Both the position numbers and the translations under genes were made by a program. Positions 51,955-64,000 of a stretch of 64,000 nt of DNA are shown in pieces. This stretch comes from Rhina ancylostomus. Lineage: Eukaryota. Below the pieces are notes generated by a model. That model made no database searches, was not told the DNA's origin, and worked only from the letters and a program-made list of their open reading frames with translations. The stretch's first letter is position 1. The number at the start of each line of letters is the position of its first letter. Where the stretch lies: positions 35,033,935 through 35,097,934 of the forward strand of contig JARFYF010000022.1 in the NCBI GenBank assembly GCA_030265395.1. The letters run 5' to 3'.

Positions 51955-54179
51955 CTACAATTGAGTAAAAAAAAGAGAAAAATACAATGAGTCACTGTAC
52001 TGATACCAGAATTTCTGTACACTTACCCGATATAACAGAATTTTTTTATTAAATTCCATTTTTCTGGCAAACTTTCTGGATCTTCTGTATCTTACTGATA
52101 TTATTATAGTTATTACTGATGAATTTCATGTATTATTGAACTGTAAAGTATTTGCAATTTAATAAACACATTCACTTCCTTTCAGGTATGACATTGAGTT
52201 AACAATGTTCCTCAGGTTCACGTGACAATGGAACTACTCAACTCTATCACTCTTTCCCCACAAACTCCCCAAAACTTTAAAAATCTGAACTAATCACTCC
52301 TTCCTGATTTACCAGGGACATCTTTATGCCCTTCTGCCTCTGGCAGGGAGCAATGGGAAATGATAACCAAATCTAGCACACACTCTATGATTTTCCAATC
52401 ATTAATTAAATCAGGAAGTTCTGCACAGCACAACCTGAATTTCTGATATGTGCTCCTGGTAGGCAAAGCTTCTTATCAGAGAAAATTCTTAAGCACCAAT
52501 TTTAATTTGTGGTGTGTGGGGATTAGAGGGGAAGGTGGGGGGGAAGGGAGAAGGCAAGAGAATCAAGCTGGATTAACAATATTTTAACTCTCAAGCCACA
52601 GGATTCACTGCCAGAACCTGCTAAAATCAAAGCTAACACACAAGAGATTCTGGACAGCAGGGATTGTGGGAACAGTACTTGGCAAGAAGGTAAGTGGGAT
52701 TCAGATGTGATTTGGATTAGCAGAACTACGTGCTCCAAGGCTGGAACCACCAAGTAGAGCTGTTTGCTATCCATAGTTCTCTTAACACTACGTCAAGAAA
52801 CATGAAGTCAGTCAAATTTCAATGCCTCACCATTTTCCAGTGAGCATAAAAGCAATCTCCTGGCTCATACATGAAGAATGGGCATCTGGGACTTGGTACA
52901 AGCCTGATTCCTCACACTTACGCACCAGTACCTCAGGCGAGATTAGCAGCCATAGGATTAAACAGGAAAAAAATACATGCTCTCCATGATGCTTGATTAG
53001 AAGCTGGAATCGATTAATATCACTGTAGCCCGACACACAACTATGACGTAAAAACAGAAAATTCTGAAACATTCAGCTGGGCTGACAGAGGATCTTTGGC
53101 CTGAAATGTTATCTCTGTTTTTTATTCTCCACAGATGCTGCCGGGCCTGCTGATTGTTTCCAGCATTTTCTGTTTCTATTTCAGTTATCCAGAATTGGCA
53201 GGTTTTTTTTTCATTTTCCTGCAACTGTGAGGTTTTAATTAACATTTTGAGAGCAGTACTGCTCCACACAAATCTTTGCTGCTTGGGTATCATACTGTCC
53301 TTCAACAAGAAATTGCTGACTGCTCACTATGCCTATCTACTAAGGTTAACTTAAACAGGAAACACAGGCCTGAGGATTGTGTACTATTTGTGCATGTCTG
53401 AAGTTTCACTGCTCGTTTGAGGGAATGTCATGTGCTAGTATCCACATGAAAAACACTACAAGATTAATTCCTCTAAAACAGTACTGTCAGCAAACAGTTT
53501 CACAACATATCCAAAAAGTGGCTTGGACTACTGCAGGCTTATGGTTCTCTCTCTTCACTTGGAGAATCATTGTGATACCTGAACCTGACTCACATTCAGT
53601 ATTAATTTTGTACAGGCTAAATTATTGGCAGACAATGCCAATGCTGGTATCCATTTCTTTTGTTGTAGTTCAATATCCCCTATCACATACTTCCACTGTC
53701 TGTCCCAAGTGATGTTTGCTTTTCTCCAGTTCAGAAAAAACAATTAAGAGCCTTTTCGAAATTCATTTTCTCTCATTTTCTATTACTCACTGATGAGGAT
53801 GAATTTTTCAGCTATTGTTAGTTCATTCTAATTTATTCCTGCATGTTTTGCATATGAATTTTTTTGCATCATAATCAAGAAGCACATTTACAAAATGTAC
53901 TAAAGGTCCTGTCCATTGGCCTCAATACCCCTTCTCTTTCCCCTCCCCNNNNNNNNNNNNNNNNNNNNNNNNNNNNNNNNNNNNNNNNNNNNNNNNNNNN
54001 NNNNNNNNNNNNNNNNNNNNNNNNNNNNNNNNNNNNNNNNNNNNNNNNNNNNNNNNNNNNNNNNNNNNNNNNNNNNNNNNNNNNNNNNNNNNNNNNNNNN
54101 NNNNNNNNNNNNNNNNNNNNNNNNNNNNNNNNNNNNNNNNNNNNNNNNNNNNNNNNNNNNNNNNNNNNNNNNNNNNNNN

Positions 54180-54298
54180 TGTCTCCCCTCTTTCTTTGCA
54201 GTCCTGAATAAGGGTCTCAACCCAAAACATTGACTATCCATTTCCCTCCATAGATGCTGCCTGACCCGCTGAGTTCCTCCAGCATTTTGTGCTTGTCC
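54180..54298 (+). mobile_element. Penelope-derived terminal element (same family as 47054-47152)
   Basis: cagtcctgaataagggtctcaacccaaaacattgact...catagatgctgcctgacccgctgagttcctccagcattttgtg. Confidence 0.75.
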
Positions 54299-56079
54299 AC
54301 AGAGCAAGACCTGTTGCACTGCGCATGCATATATTGAGTTCTAGTCCACCCGATTTAAGCTGATTCTTTGCAGTGCATGCCAAGGAAAATGAGGAGGAAA
54401 CATTAACATTTTAAGAAAGCTTGTTGGAAAGATAAGAGAAAGAAAATGTGTTAGGAAGTCTAGTTATGAGGGCATTCAACAGGGGATGATTTTAGCAATG
54501 CTTTCTCTGAGCCATGTGGTGAGAAGTCAAATCCTTTCATTTGAATCTCAGAATGAAAATGAGCATGACATTAAACCTATTGGAGATGTATAGAATTGCT
54601 GTTATTTTGGTTCCATGACAATTATTTCCATACAGACTGTGTTGCTCACATAAAGAGAAGTTGACAGTGGCAAACACTACAATTACCAGCCATTGGCTGC
54701 TCTCCTGATGATTACATCATTGTATTTTTCCTTTTTTTCTACCACAAATATTTGAGTAACACCCCAGGTTTTGTACATCACTGTCAGCCACAGTGGAAAG
54801 CTCTCACTGTCACCCAATCAAGCACTCCAAGGTAAAGTACAGCAATGGCAAGTGCTTCTGCCATACAAATTAGAGCAAAGCTCTAATCTTTTTGTCTCAT
54901 AAGGACTTAGCCCCAACCTCTCACGACTATTCCCTCTTCATGTCTGGCATTGTTACAGCTTCTTTCAACAAAGCAAGATAGTATCCCAATTTAATCTAAA
55001 GCTAACACACAATGAAGGAATGAGAGGCCTATATGAATTTATTATAGTACCTACATCCAGAAAGAAAGCTTATATTTAGTTGGTTGAGGCATAATTTGGA
55101 CCCAAATATACAAAAGACCAGCATTTAAACCAGAGTATAAATAAGGTCATGAAAAAGTAGATCCATCCCGCAAGACGCTGCACTGAAAATAGGATAGGAC
55201 AGTTATAAGTCACCTAATAGCAGTTCTTCAAGCATGAAAAGTTCTTCTCCACAATCCACAAAGTACTCATAGACTTAATCTTTCACATTTTTCTTGGCTT
55301 CGAAGATAAACCTCAGTGGAATGTGTGGACTGATGACACAGCACAGAGTTTGGGGCAAACTTTTGCACCCATGCTTCCTGATAACATTCACCACCAGCTG
55401 ACATGACAGGAGTATGGGTCATCCCTCACTCTTGGATCAAAGATTTATGTGGTTTGGGAAAAATAGAACCATACTATAAATATACATTTTAAAAATCATT
55501 TCTCACAGACATCTGGTCTCACCATCAACATCCACCTCCCCCATCCTTCCAACAACCTTGCCCTCTCTCAACTTCTACAAAGGCTTCAATGACAGTACGG
55601 GGGCACACCACTCAGAAAAGGTGTTACATATGAGCCATGTTGAGTGTGTCTTCATGGTTGGCTTCCAAGCAAGGATCAAGATACATTACCACGACCTGAT
55701 CTTGGAATGATGTGCATTGGAGAAATAATACATTTCAAAGGTTTCCCAAATAGAGCAGAGTAGCCATATTGCTACAGTAGATTAGATACCATAGCTCTAC
55801 CTCTGAAAACTGAGTTTAAATTAAATCTAGATTAAAATCTGATGAATGTCATTCTCAAGGAGGAATCTATCTGAATTAACCATGTATTACTGGGCACGGA
55901 CCGACAACAAAAATCTAATTTGACACAGAAAGATAACTTTTATGTCCAATTTGGTCACGGCTGATTTTGAATCAGAGAACATGACTGGTATGAAATAAGA
56001 ATATTACAGGCACTATGGACATTGTTCTTCCAAGACTGCCCACCAAAACACATTTTATTTTAACTTCATTGTTAACATA

Positions 56080-57100
56080 TGGCCATCACTAGTAAGGTGA
56101 GTGTTTAATGCCCATCTCTAACTGCCCATACAGAAGGTAGGGGTAAGCTATTTGTTTTAACTGCTTCAGTCGTCATGACAAAGCTATTCCCACAGCACTG
56201 TCAGGAAGGGATTTCAACAATTGGACCAGGAGACAATAAAGGAACAGTGATGCATTTTCTCATTAGAATGCGGTACGAGTTGGAGGGGAACTTTCAAGTA
56301 TAGCGTTTAAATACATCTGGTTCCCTTGCCTTCCTTAGTGGTAGAGTCTGTGGGTTTGGGAGGTGCTGTTGAAGAGACCTTGACAGGTTCTACAGTACAT
56401 TTTGTGGATACTATAAACAGCAGTGACTGCGTGATAGAAGGAATGATTGTTAAGGGTGGTGCTGGATTCTCAGGCAGGTCAGATACTATGTCCCAGATTT
56501 TTAGTTGAACTTTGCAGTTGTTTAAATTACAATACAAATTCCAGCAAAGTGGATGAATTCCACCACAATCCTGACATGATGTATAGGTGATGGAAATGCT
56601 CTGCAGAGTCAAAAGGTGACTGGCATATCACAGCATTCTCAACCTCTGACTTGTTCTTGTTGTCACAGTATTTACTTGCCCANNNNNNNNNNNNNNNNNN
56701 NNNNNNNNNNNNNNNNNNNNNNNNNNNNNNNNNNNNNNNNNNNNNNNNNNNNNNNNNNNNNNNNNNNNNNNNNNNNNNNNNNCAGTCCAGATGTTACTAG
56801 TTAATGGAGACCCCTAAAATTCTCGATGATGGGAAACTCCTTGATGGTAAGGTTGTTGAATATCAAAGAGGTACAGTTAGACACTCATGTTGGAGATGGT
56901 CATTGCCTGGCATGTGTGATACAAATGGCACTTGATATCCCAAATGGATATACAAATCTTGCTGCGTTATCTGTAATTGTTTGAAGAACTGCAAATTGAA
57001 TCAATAACTTTGCAAATATCAGCTAATATGATGGAAGGTAAATCAAAGAGTTGCAAAAAATGGATGGGCTGCTTTGAGAAATGTCTGTAGCAAGGTCCTA
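56080..57100 (-). mobile_element. Old LINE fragment (same family as 1460-3150)
   Basis: gtaaggtgagtgtttaatgcccatctctaactgccc...; co-linear similarity to 1460-1900. Confidence 0.6.
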
Positions 57101-58579
57101 TAAAAGCTGATGATATAGGACTAATTGGATCTGGTAATGTATGGGTGTAAGGAAAAGAATGAGCACCGAATCAGATTTATTATCAATGACGTAGATGACG
57201 TGAAATTTGTTGATTTGCAGCAGTAGTACATTTCAAACACATAAAACTACTATAAATTATGAAAATAAATAAATTCATGGAACGTTCAGAAATCTGATAA
57301 GTGGAGGGGAAGAAGCTGTTTCTGAATCACTGAGTATGGGTTACCAGAAGAGATAATCAATCAATTGTTATGGACATGTTTCTTTTGCATTACAAAAGAA
57401 GTGTTTGGGAACAAGCTGAAGGTAACCCTGCACTGTGGACAGAATGGATCAGATGTGGGAGTTGGCTATTTCAAAGGAACACCAGCGTCAACTGCATTCA
57501 GAATCAGTTAGGGAACGATTTATATGAGTTCAAGTTGCAGTTGAATTAAAACGATGTAAGACTATTATATAAATTATATGCTGTTATATGAGTATAAACA
57601 TTATACCAGCCCATGGTATTTTGTTGTAGTATTTTATCTTATATGATTCCTTTGTAGTTTCTTGCAATTTTTATATAATATTGACAACAATGTGTTCTTA
57701 ATTTTAATAAACTTTTACAATAGAACTTGGGTTATGCTGCTCTTGACTAGTTTTACTCCACCAAGATGAACTCAGGCCAAACTCAGAAAACAGGCATAAG
57801 GGAGAAATACTATGTTTCTACTCACGTACTGGGTTCCATAATCATCGAACACTAAAATATTCCAAGAGCCACCTTATCTTTAGCTGTGTAACTGTCTACT
57901 TCTATTCACCAGCTTTGTCTACACAACACTGCTTTTGCTCTTCAGTACCAATTTAATTTTTGTTTCAGATTATTTAAACTCCCCAGCTGCTGTGGTGAGA
58001 TTTCCAAAATGTCCCCTGATTATTAATCTATGTCTCCTGATAATTAATCTGGGGATCTGGATTAGTATTCCATCTATTTAACTATCATGCTTCCATTCCA
58101 CACCATAAGGCAAAATGAAGTTTTATTCTAATTTTCTGTAGGTTATCTGGGGTTGTTTAATGTTAACACAATGCCAGAAAAAAAGATATTCCATTCTTCA
58201 ACACAGGCATTGACTCTTTGTTGAGTACAAATTTATCATAAAAAGGCTCAACCCAACCATCAAAGGACATTCCAAGAAAGAAGATATTTTGTTTTGTAAT
58301 GACTTCCTATTTTGCATTAATTCTTTAAAACCGTAGTTATATGGAAATGTATACTTTTAAACATTTCAAAATGTTATATATAATAAATTTTGATTTCAGT
58401 GTAATACAAATGCAGGGAAGTTACACCTGCAAATCAAATGTTTTGTTTTGACTGCAAAGCAGCCTGAAAGGAACTTGCAAATTGCCCCTCCTCTGAACTA
58501 CTGTCTCAATGATTTCCTTCCTGCTGCACATAAATCAGGGAATGACAAACAGCAACCATTCCCTGAATCTGTTGATGAA

Positions 58580-59245
58580 AATCAAACACTACAGATACTG
58601 GAAATCTGAAATATAAACAAAAAGTACTGGAAACACTCAGCAGGTCAGGCAGCATGTGTGGAAAGAGAAACATTTAACGTTTCGGCTCAAAGACCCGACA
58701 TCAGAACTGGGAAAGAGAGGAAAAAGATTACTGTTAAGTTGCACAGTTTGGGGGAACAGACGGTAGGGTTGGGAGGGGGGGGCGGGGTGAGAAAATAGGA
58801 CAAAGAGGAGATCTCTGATAGACCGAGACCAGGGTTGCCATGGTAATAAACTGTTGATTAACCTGCCTGGTTGATACAAAGTTTGTGATAGAATTTTTTT
58901 AAAAATACGTAAAAGTTTTGAAACACAGGAGATCCGGCAGTGTCAGTTGGAAAGGTAAAAACAGATTTAATTTCACCACTTTTATATGCCACTTTTTGTT
59001 TTGCTTTCTCTCTCAAAAACTACTATCAATCACTTGGCTTCATCAACAGTTTATCACAATAGTAACTCTGGTTTCACCCTACCGGAGATATTGCCTTTGC
59101 TTGATTCCTTCCTCCATCTCTCTGTAACATAAAACTAAGTTGTTTTTCCCTCAATTTCCCAATTCTGATGGAGAGTCTTTGACCTTAAATGCTCCTCTGT
59201 ACCTATGCCTTACCTGATGAATGTTTCCAGCATTTTCTTTATTTA
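58580..59245. mobile_element. Inverted pair of Penelope-like terminal repeats
   Basis: Minus copy at 58580-58860 (includes ccagttctgatgtcgggtctttgagccgaaacgttaaatg on -) and plus copy at about 59040-59245 (ttctgatggagagtctttgacc...tttccagcattttc). Confidence 0.65.
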
Positions 59246-59849
59246 TTACCCAGATTTGTTGTTGAGAGATACTTAAGCAACTTAGAAATTACTTACTTTA
59301 CAGTGTGATGGTTACAAAAAGGTCTGAATGCTCCTGCAATCCAGTTTCTAAACCGAATTAGGATTGTAGACAATGAATTTAATTCTACTTAAGAATGGAC
59401 ACTCATCTGAAGTACTTCGATTTATATTAACTTGTAAAATACTGGGTCAGAATGACAAGTATCAGGTTCAGATGGGACAGGTGGCCGACTCCTACTCCTA
59501 TTTCTTATGTTCTTGTGTAAAATCTTTGTTGACATACAGTCGATAAAAGGCTGTCAAGTAAGTATGCTTCCCACTAGCTCATACAGCACTTGTCTCCTTT
59601 CCGGAAGTTCCATTTGTGTGGAAATTGGAATTTTAAAAAAATGAATTGAATACTAACAGAAAAAAAATCCAAAAAGCAAAAAAAACTGATGCTAGAAATA
59701 TGAAACAAGAGAAAATGCTGGAAAATTTAGCAAGCAAGCACATGGTGTTTGATCTGTTGAGTATTTCCAAGAAAAGACAATAGTCATCCTCAGAAGTCAA
59801 AGGGCTCCAAAACTTTCTTTTTTCCCTACTCATTCTTGGGGTGTGCCCT

Positions 59850-60500
59850 CACTTGTAAGGCCAGCAAATATTGCCCATCCCAGTTACCCTAAGGTGATGG
59901 CAGACATTCTTCTTGAACTTCTAAAATGTATGCATTATCCTAAGATGCTGTCAGCTCCAGTTCCAGTAAACATGATTAAGAATGGCATATGACATGGGAG
60001 CGTGAAGGTTTTTCAATGAACTTTCAGCCCTTGTCCTTCTAGATGAAGAAGATCAGTGCTTGTGGAAAATACTGCTGAAAAACCCTTGGTAAGTTGCTAC
60101 AGTATATTTTGCAGGTAGCAAATACTGAAGCCACAACAGTGGTTGAGGATGGATATTTAAGCAAGTACATAATGCTAAATAGGCAGGCTAATTTGTCCTG
60201 AATGATATCAGGCCTCTAGATTGCTGTAGATATCTATAACCAGGATATTTCCCAAGGAACTTCTGCAGTAGTGTTCTGGAGATGAGCTAACTGAACGACA
60301 ACAAGCACTGCCATCTTCTTTCGTGTCAGGTACGACTCCAGCAACTGGAAAGGTTTCACCCAATTGCTTTTGATTTCAAATTTACTAGACCTCCCTGGTA
60401 CCATACTTGATTGATTGCTATTTTGATATCAAGGACACTCACTTTCACCTTACCAATGGAAATCTAAACAGTGCCCATATTTGGTCCAAGGTTGGTAATT
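59850..60500 (-). mobile_element. Old LINE fragment (same family as 1460-3150)
   Basis: gtaaggccagcaaatattgcccatcccagttaccctaaggtg tail; co-linear with 1990-2200. Confidence 0.55.
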
Positions 60501-61819
60501 GGCCAGGTTGGATTTATCTTGCTTTAGGAACAAAAAAAACTGTTGTCATGGTAAGCTTGGCAAGTTGGCATACAGCACTGTGTATATAGTATAAACTGAT
60601 GCATCAAAGATGGAGAGATGGATATCAAGACACCATAAAACAAACCACAAAACAACTGCAGAACTCATTCAAGTGAACAACAAACTTTTCAACACATCAT
60701 TAACCTAGATGAAGAGGCACTAAGGGCCCGTAATGTGAATCACTTGTCACAGAGGATTCAATCCCTCCAGTGCACTTGTAGCCATATTATGCTCTGTCTG
60801 ACTCCATTAGGATTTTGGCTTTTCACAACATCACCCCACCCCATTCCTCACAAAATGTTGAGAGGGAAACATAGTGATGGCAATACCACTAAAGGCAGGA
60901 GGACTCAACTACTTATCCCATGTAAATCCTGTAAAACATTTAGGTTAAAAGTCTTTACCCAACAGAAGCAAGAATATGGATTCTGTTAGAACAAGAGATT
61001 TAGAGAAACTGTATAGGTACATACATGGAAGACTGGATAAGCATAACTGGACAGAAGATATACTGATGAAATTGAATAAATAGATGATAGAAGTGGCTCA
61101 TTGTAACAAACATGTCAGAATGGATTAGTAATATCCAAAATAGTCTGTTTCTGTGCTTTTGCCTCAATATTATACTATGTTTGATTGAATGCAACTTCTC
61201 AGTTGAAGCCTGTAAGTTGTTCACATCCTTCTAAGAGGCCGGTATGAGATGTAACATTATTAGAGAAATCATGAATAAGGTTACACACATATGTCAGAAT
61301 GGGTTTGTTATATCCTAAAAGCCTCTTTCTGTGTTGTATTCTGGGCTTTTGATGACTTGCCACAACTGCCTTCAATTTCAACAAATGGAAGGTTTTTTTT
61401 TCCCTTTCATTCTTGTTAATCCCAGTTTTGTTTGAGCTCCTGGGCCCAATACTCATCCAAATGCTCTCCCTCTTTTCATATACTGCTGTTTAAACAGAAC
61501 ATTTATCCATTGAAGTGGAAAAATTCCAAGATATGTCTTGTCCACAAAAAAGAGCACGTTCAATTCAATTAATTTATTATCAGCCAGCTCTGAATTATCA
61601 ACTGAGTGATGTAAGATAATGCTATTTTGAGACATTTACTCACCAAATGCTTGCTAATAATGCTTCATCCGAGTTTCACCAGAATCACTCATCTGCATAT
61701 CTCATTAAAGACTTAAACCAAACGTAGAGAAAGAGATACATTTCAGTGGTCAAGTGAGTGACCGCTGTTGCCATCAATAAAGCATTTAACCAGTATACAA
61801 GCATCAGGAGGAAACTTTC

Positions 61820-62310
61820 TAATAGAAAATGATATGGTTATTCTGAGGACGCTCATCCCAGCCCCCATGTCACTGCTGCAGGAGTTCCTCATGATTATCT
61901 CCTAGGTCGAAAAACCTTCAAATGTATCTTCAATGATTTTTCCTCCATCACAGGGTCAGAAGGAAGGATGCTTGTGATTTACAATCTGAGAATATTTTGT
62001 CCTTGCCAAATCAATTCAGGCTGCCTTCAACAAGCCAATATAAACAGCTTGTATATTTTTACAAGACAAGCACTATCAGACATCCAGGGAGTAATGACAT
62101 TCAAGCAACAGAGAACAACATCACAACAGCTAAGTACCTAATGCCATGTAGGAGTATCCTCGAAATAAAGTCAAATACACCACTAGCAGTGTGAGAATAT
62201 CTTCAGTGCAGCAGTTCAAGGCAGAAGCTCAACAGCACCTTCTCAAGTATAGTTAGTGACAGACAACAAATACTACTCTAGCAGTAACAATCAGATCTAG
62301 TAAATGATTA
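61820..62310 (+). mobile_element. Old LINE RT fragment with 3' tail
   Basis: gcaggagttcctca...ctaggtc...ttcaatgat...ccatcacagggtcagaag corresponds to RT 'GVPQ.S.LGP..F..FND' region; tail gcagttcaaggcagaagctcaacagcaccttctcaag. Confidence 0.6.
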
Positions 62311-62439
62311 AAAAATAACAGCACTTCTATGACATTCAGTTTGGATAAATAAGTCTGTGACAAAATCATTTCGGTAGAATCAGAACTGAATGTCACTGAA
62401 CAAGTTACTGGTTAGTGAGTGTTACAAGTTTTAATGATC

Positions 62440-63280
62440 TAGGTCAGCAATTTTTATAGGATGCATTCTATGGTACATCTATCTCGATGCAGCACAGCTT
62501 GGTTTGGCAACCACACTGCCCAAAACTGCAAGAAATTGCAGAGAGATGTGGACATAGCTCAGTTATCACAAAAACCAGCCTGCCCTCCAGTGACTCTTGT
62601 CTTCACTTCCTGCTGCCTCAGGAAAGCAAACAACATAATCAAAGACACATCCCACCCTGGTCATCCTCTCATATGATAAAGATGAACTCTTGATCTCTCA
62701 ATCCACATTGTCGTGACCCTTGCACCTTATTTGTCTACCTGCACTGCACTTTCTACGTAACGGTAATTTTAAAGATATATTCTGCATTCTGTTATTGCCT
62801 TTCCCTTTGTACCACCTAGATGTACTTATTATTTGGAATGATCTGTATGGATGGCATGCAAAACAAAGTTTTTCACTATATTTGGTACATGTGACAATAA
62901 TAATAGACTATGGACCACCCACCCACCCGTCATTTTCTCTTTTCCTGCCTTCCATCAAGCAGAAGATACAAAAGCTTGAGAACACAAACCAATAGGCTCA
63001 AAGACAGCTTTTTCTGTTGCCAGACTCTTGAATGAACCTCTGATATGCTAAAAGAGAACTCTTGATCTCTTAAATAATCTCGTTGTGGCTCTTGCACCTT
63101 CTTGTCTGCCTGCACTGCACTTTCTCTGTAAACTGTAGCACTATATTCAGCATTCCATTTTTCCTTTTTGCACTACCTTGATGTACTTACGTATAGAATG
63201 ATCTGTCTGGATGGCATGCAAACAAAAACTTTTTGCTGTATCTTGGTTCATGTGACAACAATAAACCAATTACCAATACC
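62440..63280 (+). mobile_element. Two tandem Rex1/Babar-type LINE 3' ends
   Basis: LSRCSTAWFGNHTAQNCKKLQRDVDIAQ...IIKDTSHPGH is a typical Rex1/Babar C-terminus; a 3'UTR of about 220 nt (gaactcttgatctct...tgtgacaataataa) occurs twice (about 62685-62905 and 63056-63270); the same tail occurs at 4344-4405. Confidence 0.75.
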
Positions 63281-64000
63281 ATTTTGGAGACATGAGACTG
63301 CAACACTTAGGTGAGGATTGAAGTGAGGCACTTTGCACCCCTTTGATGTCTACTGAGTCGATATATTCGAAATGTAAACTGTTCCTCCTGATACAATGAA
63401 GTTATATCATTGCATTTTTTTTACCTGTATAAAATTACAGGAATGAAACTTCTGGCTTACTAAAGGTAACTGTAATCTGAGTAAGTGTATGACTGCTGGC
63501 ACTGTTTCTGTTAGCAACAATCAATAAAGTCATTGCCCATTAAATGTACTAAATGGAAAAATGCTATAATTTTAACTCTACTTTGTCATGGGAAAATGAC
63601 GAACAGTTCTTTAGACAATTGTAATCTACATAATTAATAGGACAGAAGATCTTTATAAAAATTAATACTAAGTAAAAAAGAAAATGTTTATTTCAGCAGG
63701 TCAGCCAGTTTCTGCAGAATGCTTCAGCCTCTTTCCACAGATGCTGCCTGATTTGTAGAGTGCTTCTATTGTTTATTATTTTCATTTCATATTTGCAGCA
63801 TCTACAATATTTTACTTTTTCTTAACGCCCTTCTACCTCAGTAGGAGAAAGTGAAATATCTAGATGTTTGCTGGGTGTCATTCTTAACCTGTCTGTGATG
63901 CTGTAAATGTAATTGTAAAAGTTCAAAAGGTAAATGTGGGATTTTGAAAATAAATGCAATAAACAGTTGTGGAACATTAAAATACCTGATTATTAATAAA

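Noticed and set aside
52000-64000. TMEM86A exon 1 (expected short MVSPVTV-like exon) and promoter
   Set aside because: No matching ATG-plus-donor or CpG-rich region found; atggtgagacca near 55525 does not fit. It is probably beyond the window or in a gap.

Overview
Vertebrate genomic DNA: AT-rich, intron-dominated, with many N gaps. The repeat content (CR1 LINEs, tRNA-derived V-SINE/HE1-like SINEs, Penelope-type termini) points to a cartilaginous fish (shark/ray). Two protein-coding genes lie tail-to-tail. (1) On +, I assembled by hand 18 phase-compatible GT-AG exons (615-38351; about 680 aa, start exon upstream of the window). They encode a 'circularly permutated Ras protein 1-like' protein: a Pro/Tyr-motif-rich N-terminus, a Sec23/24-type C4 zinc finger and a vWA domain with an intact MIDAS, with no Ras domain in the visible part. 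(2) On -, TMEM86A (lysoplasmalogenase) coding exons 2 and 3 (51954-51690, 49812-49379); exon 1 was not found in the window, and the 3'UTR may be about 9 kb. Most ORF-track entries are noise or retroelement debris. The most notable observations are the uncharacterised ZnF-vWA protein with Grb2-type SH2/SH3 ligand motifs, a splice donor that overlaps a stop codon and an AATAAA, and dispersed Penelope-derived mini-elements carrying decayed minimal hammerhead-ribozyme motifs (one with a target-site duplication). I found no convincing wholly novel system beyond these.
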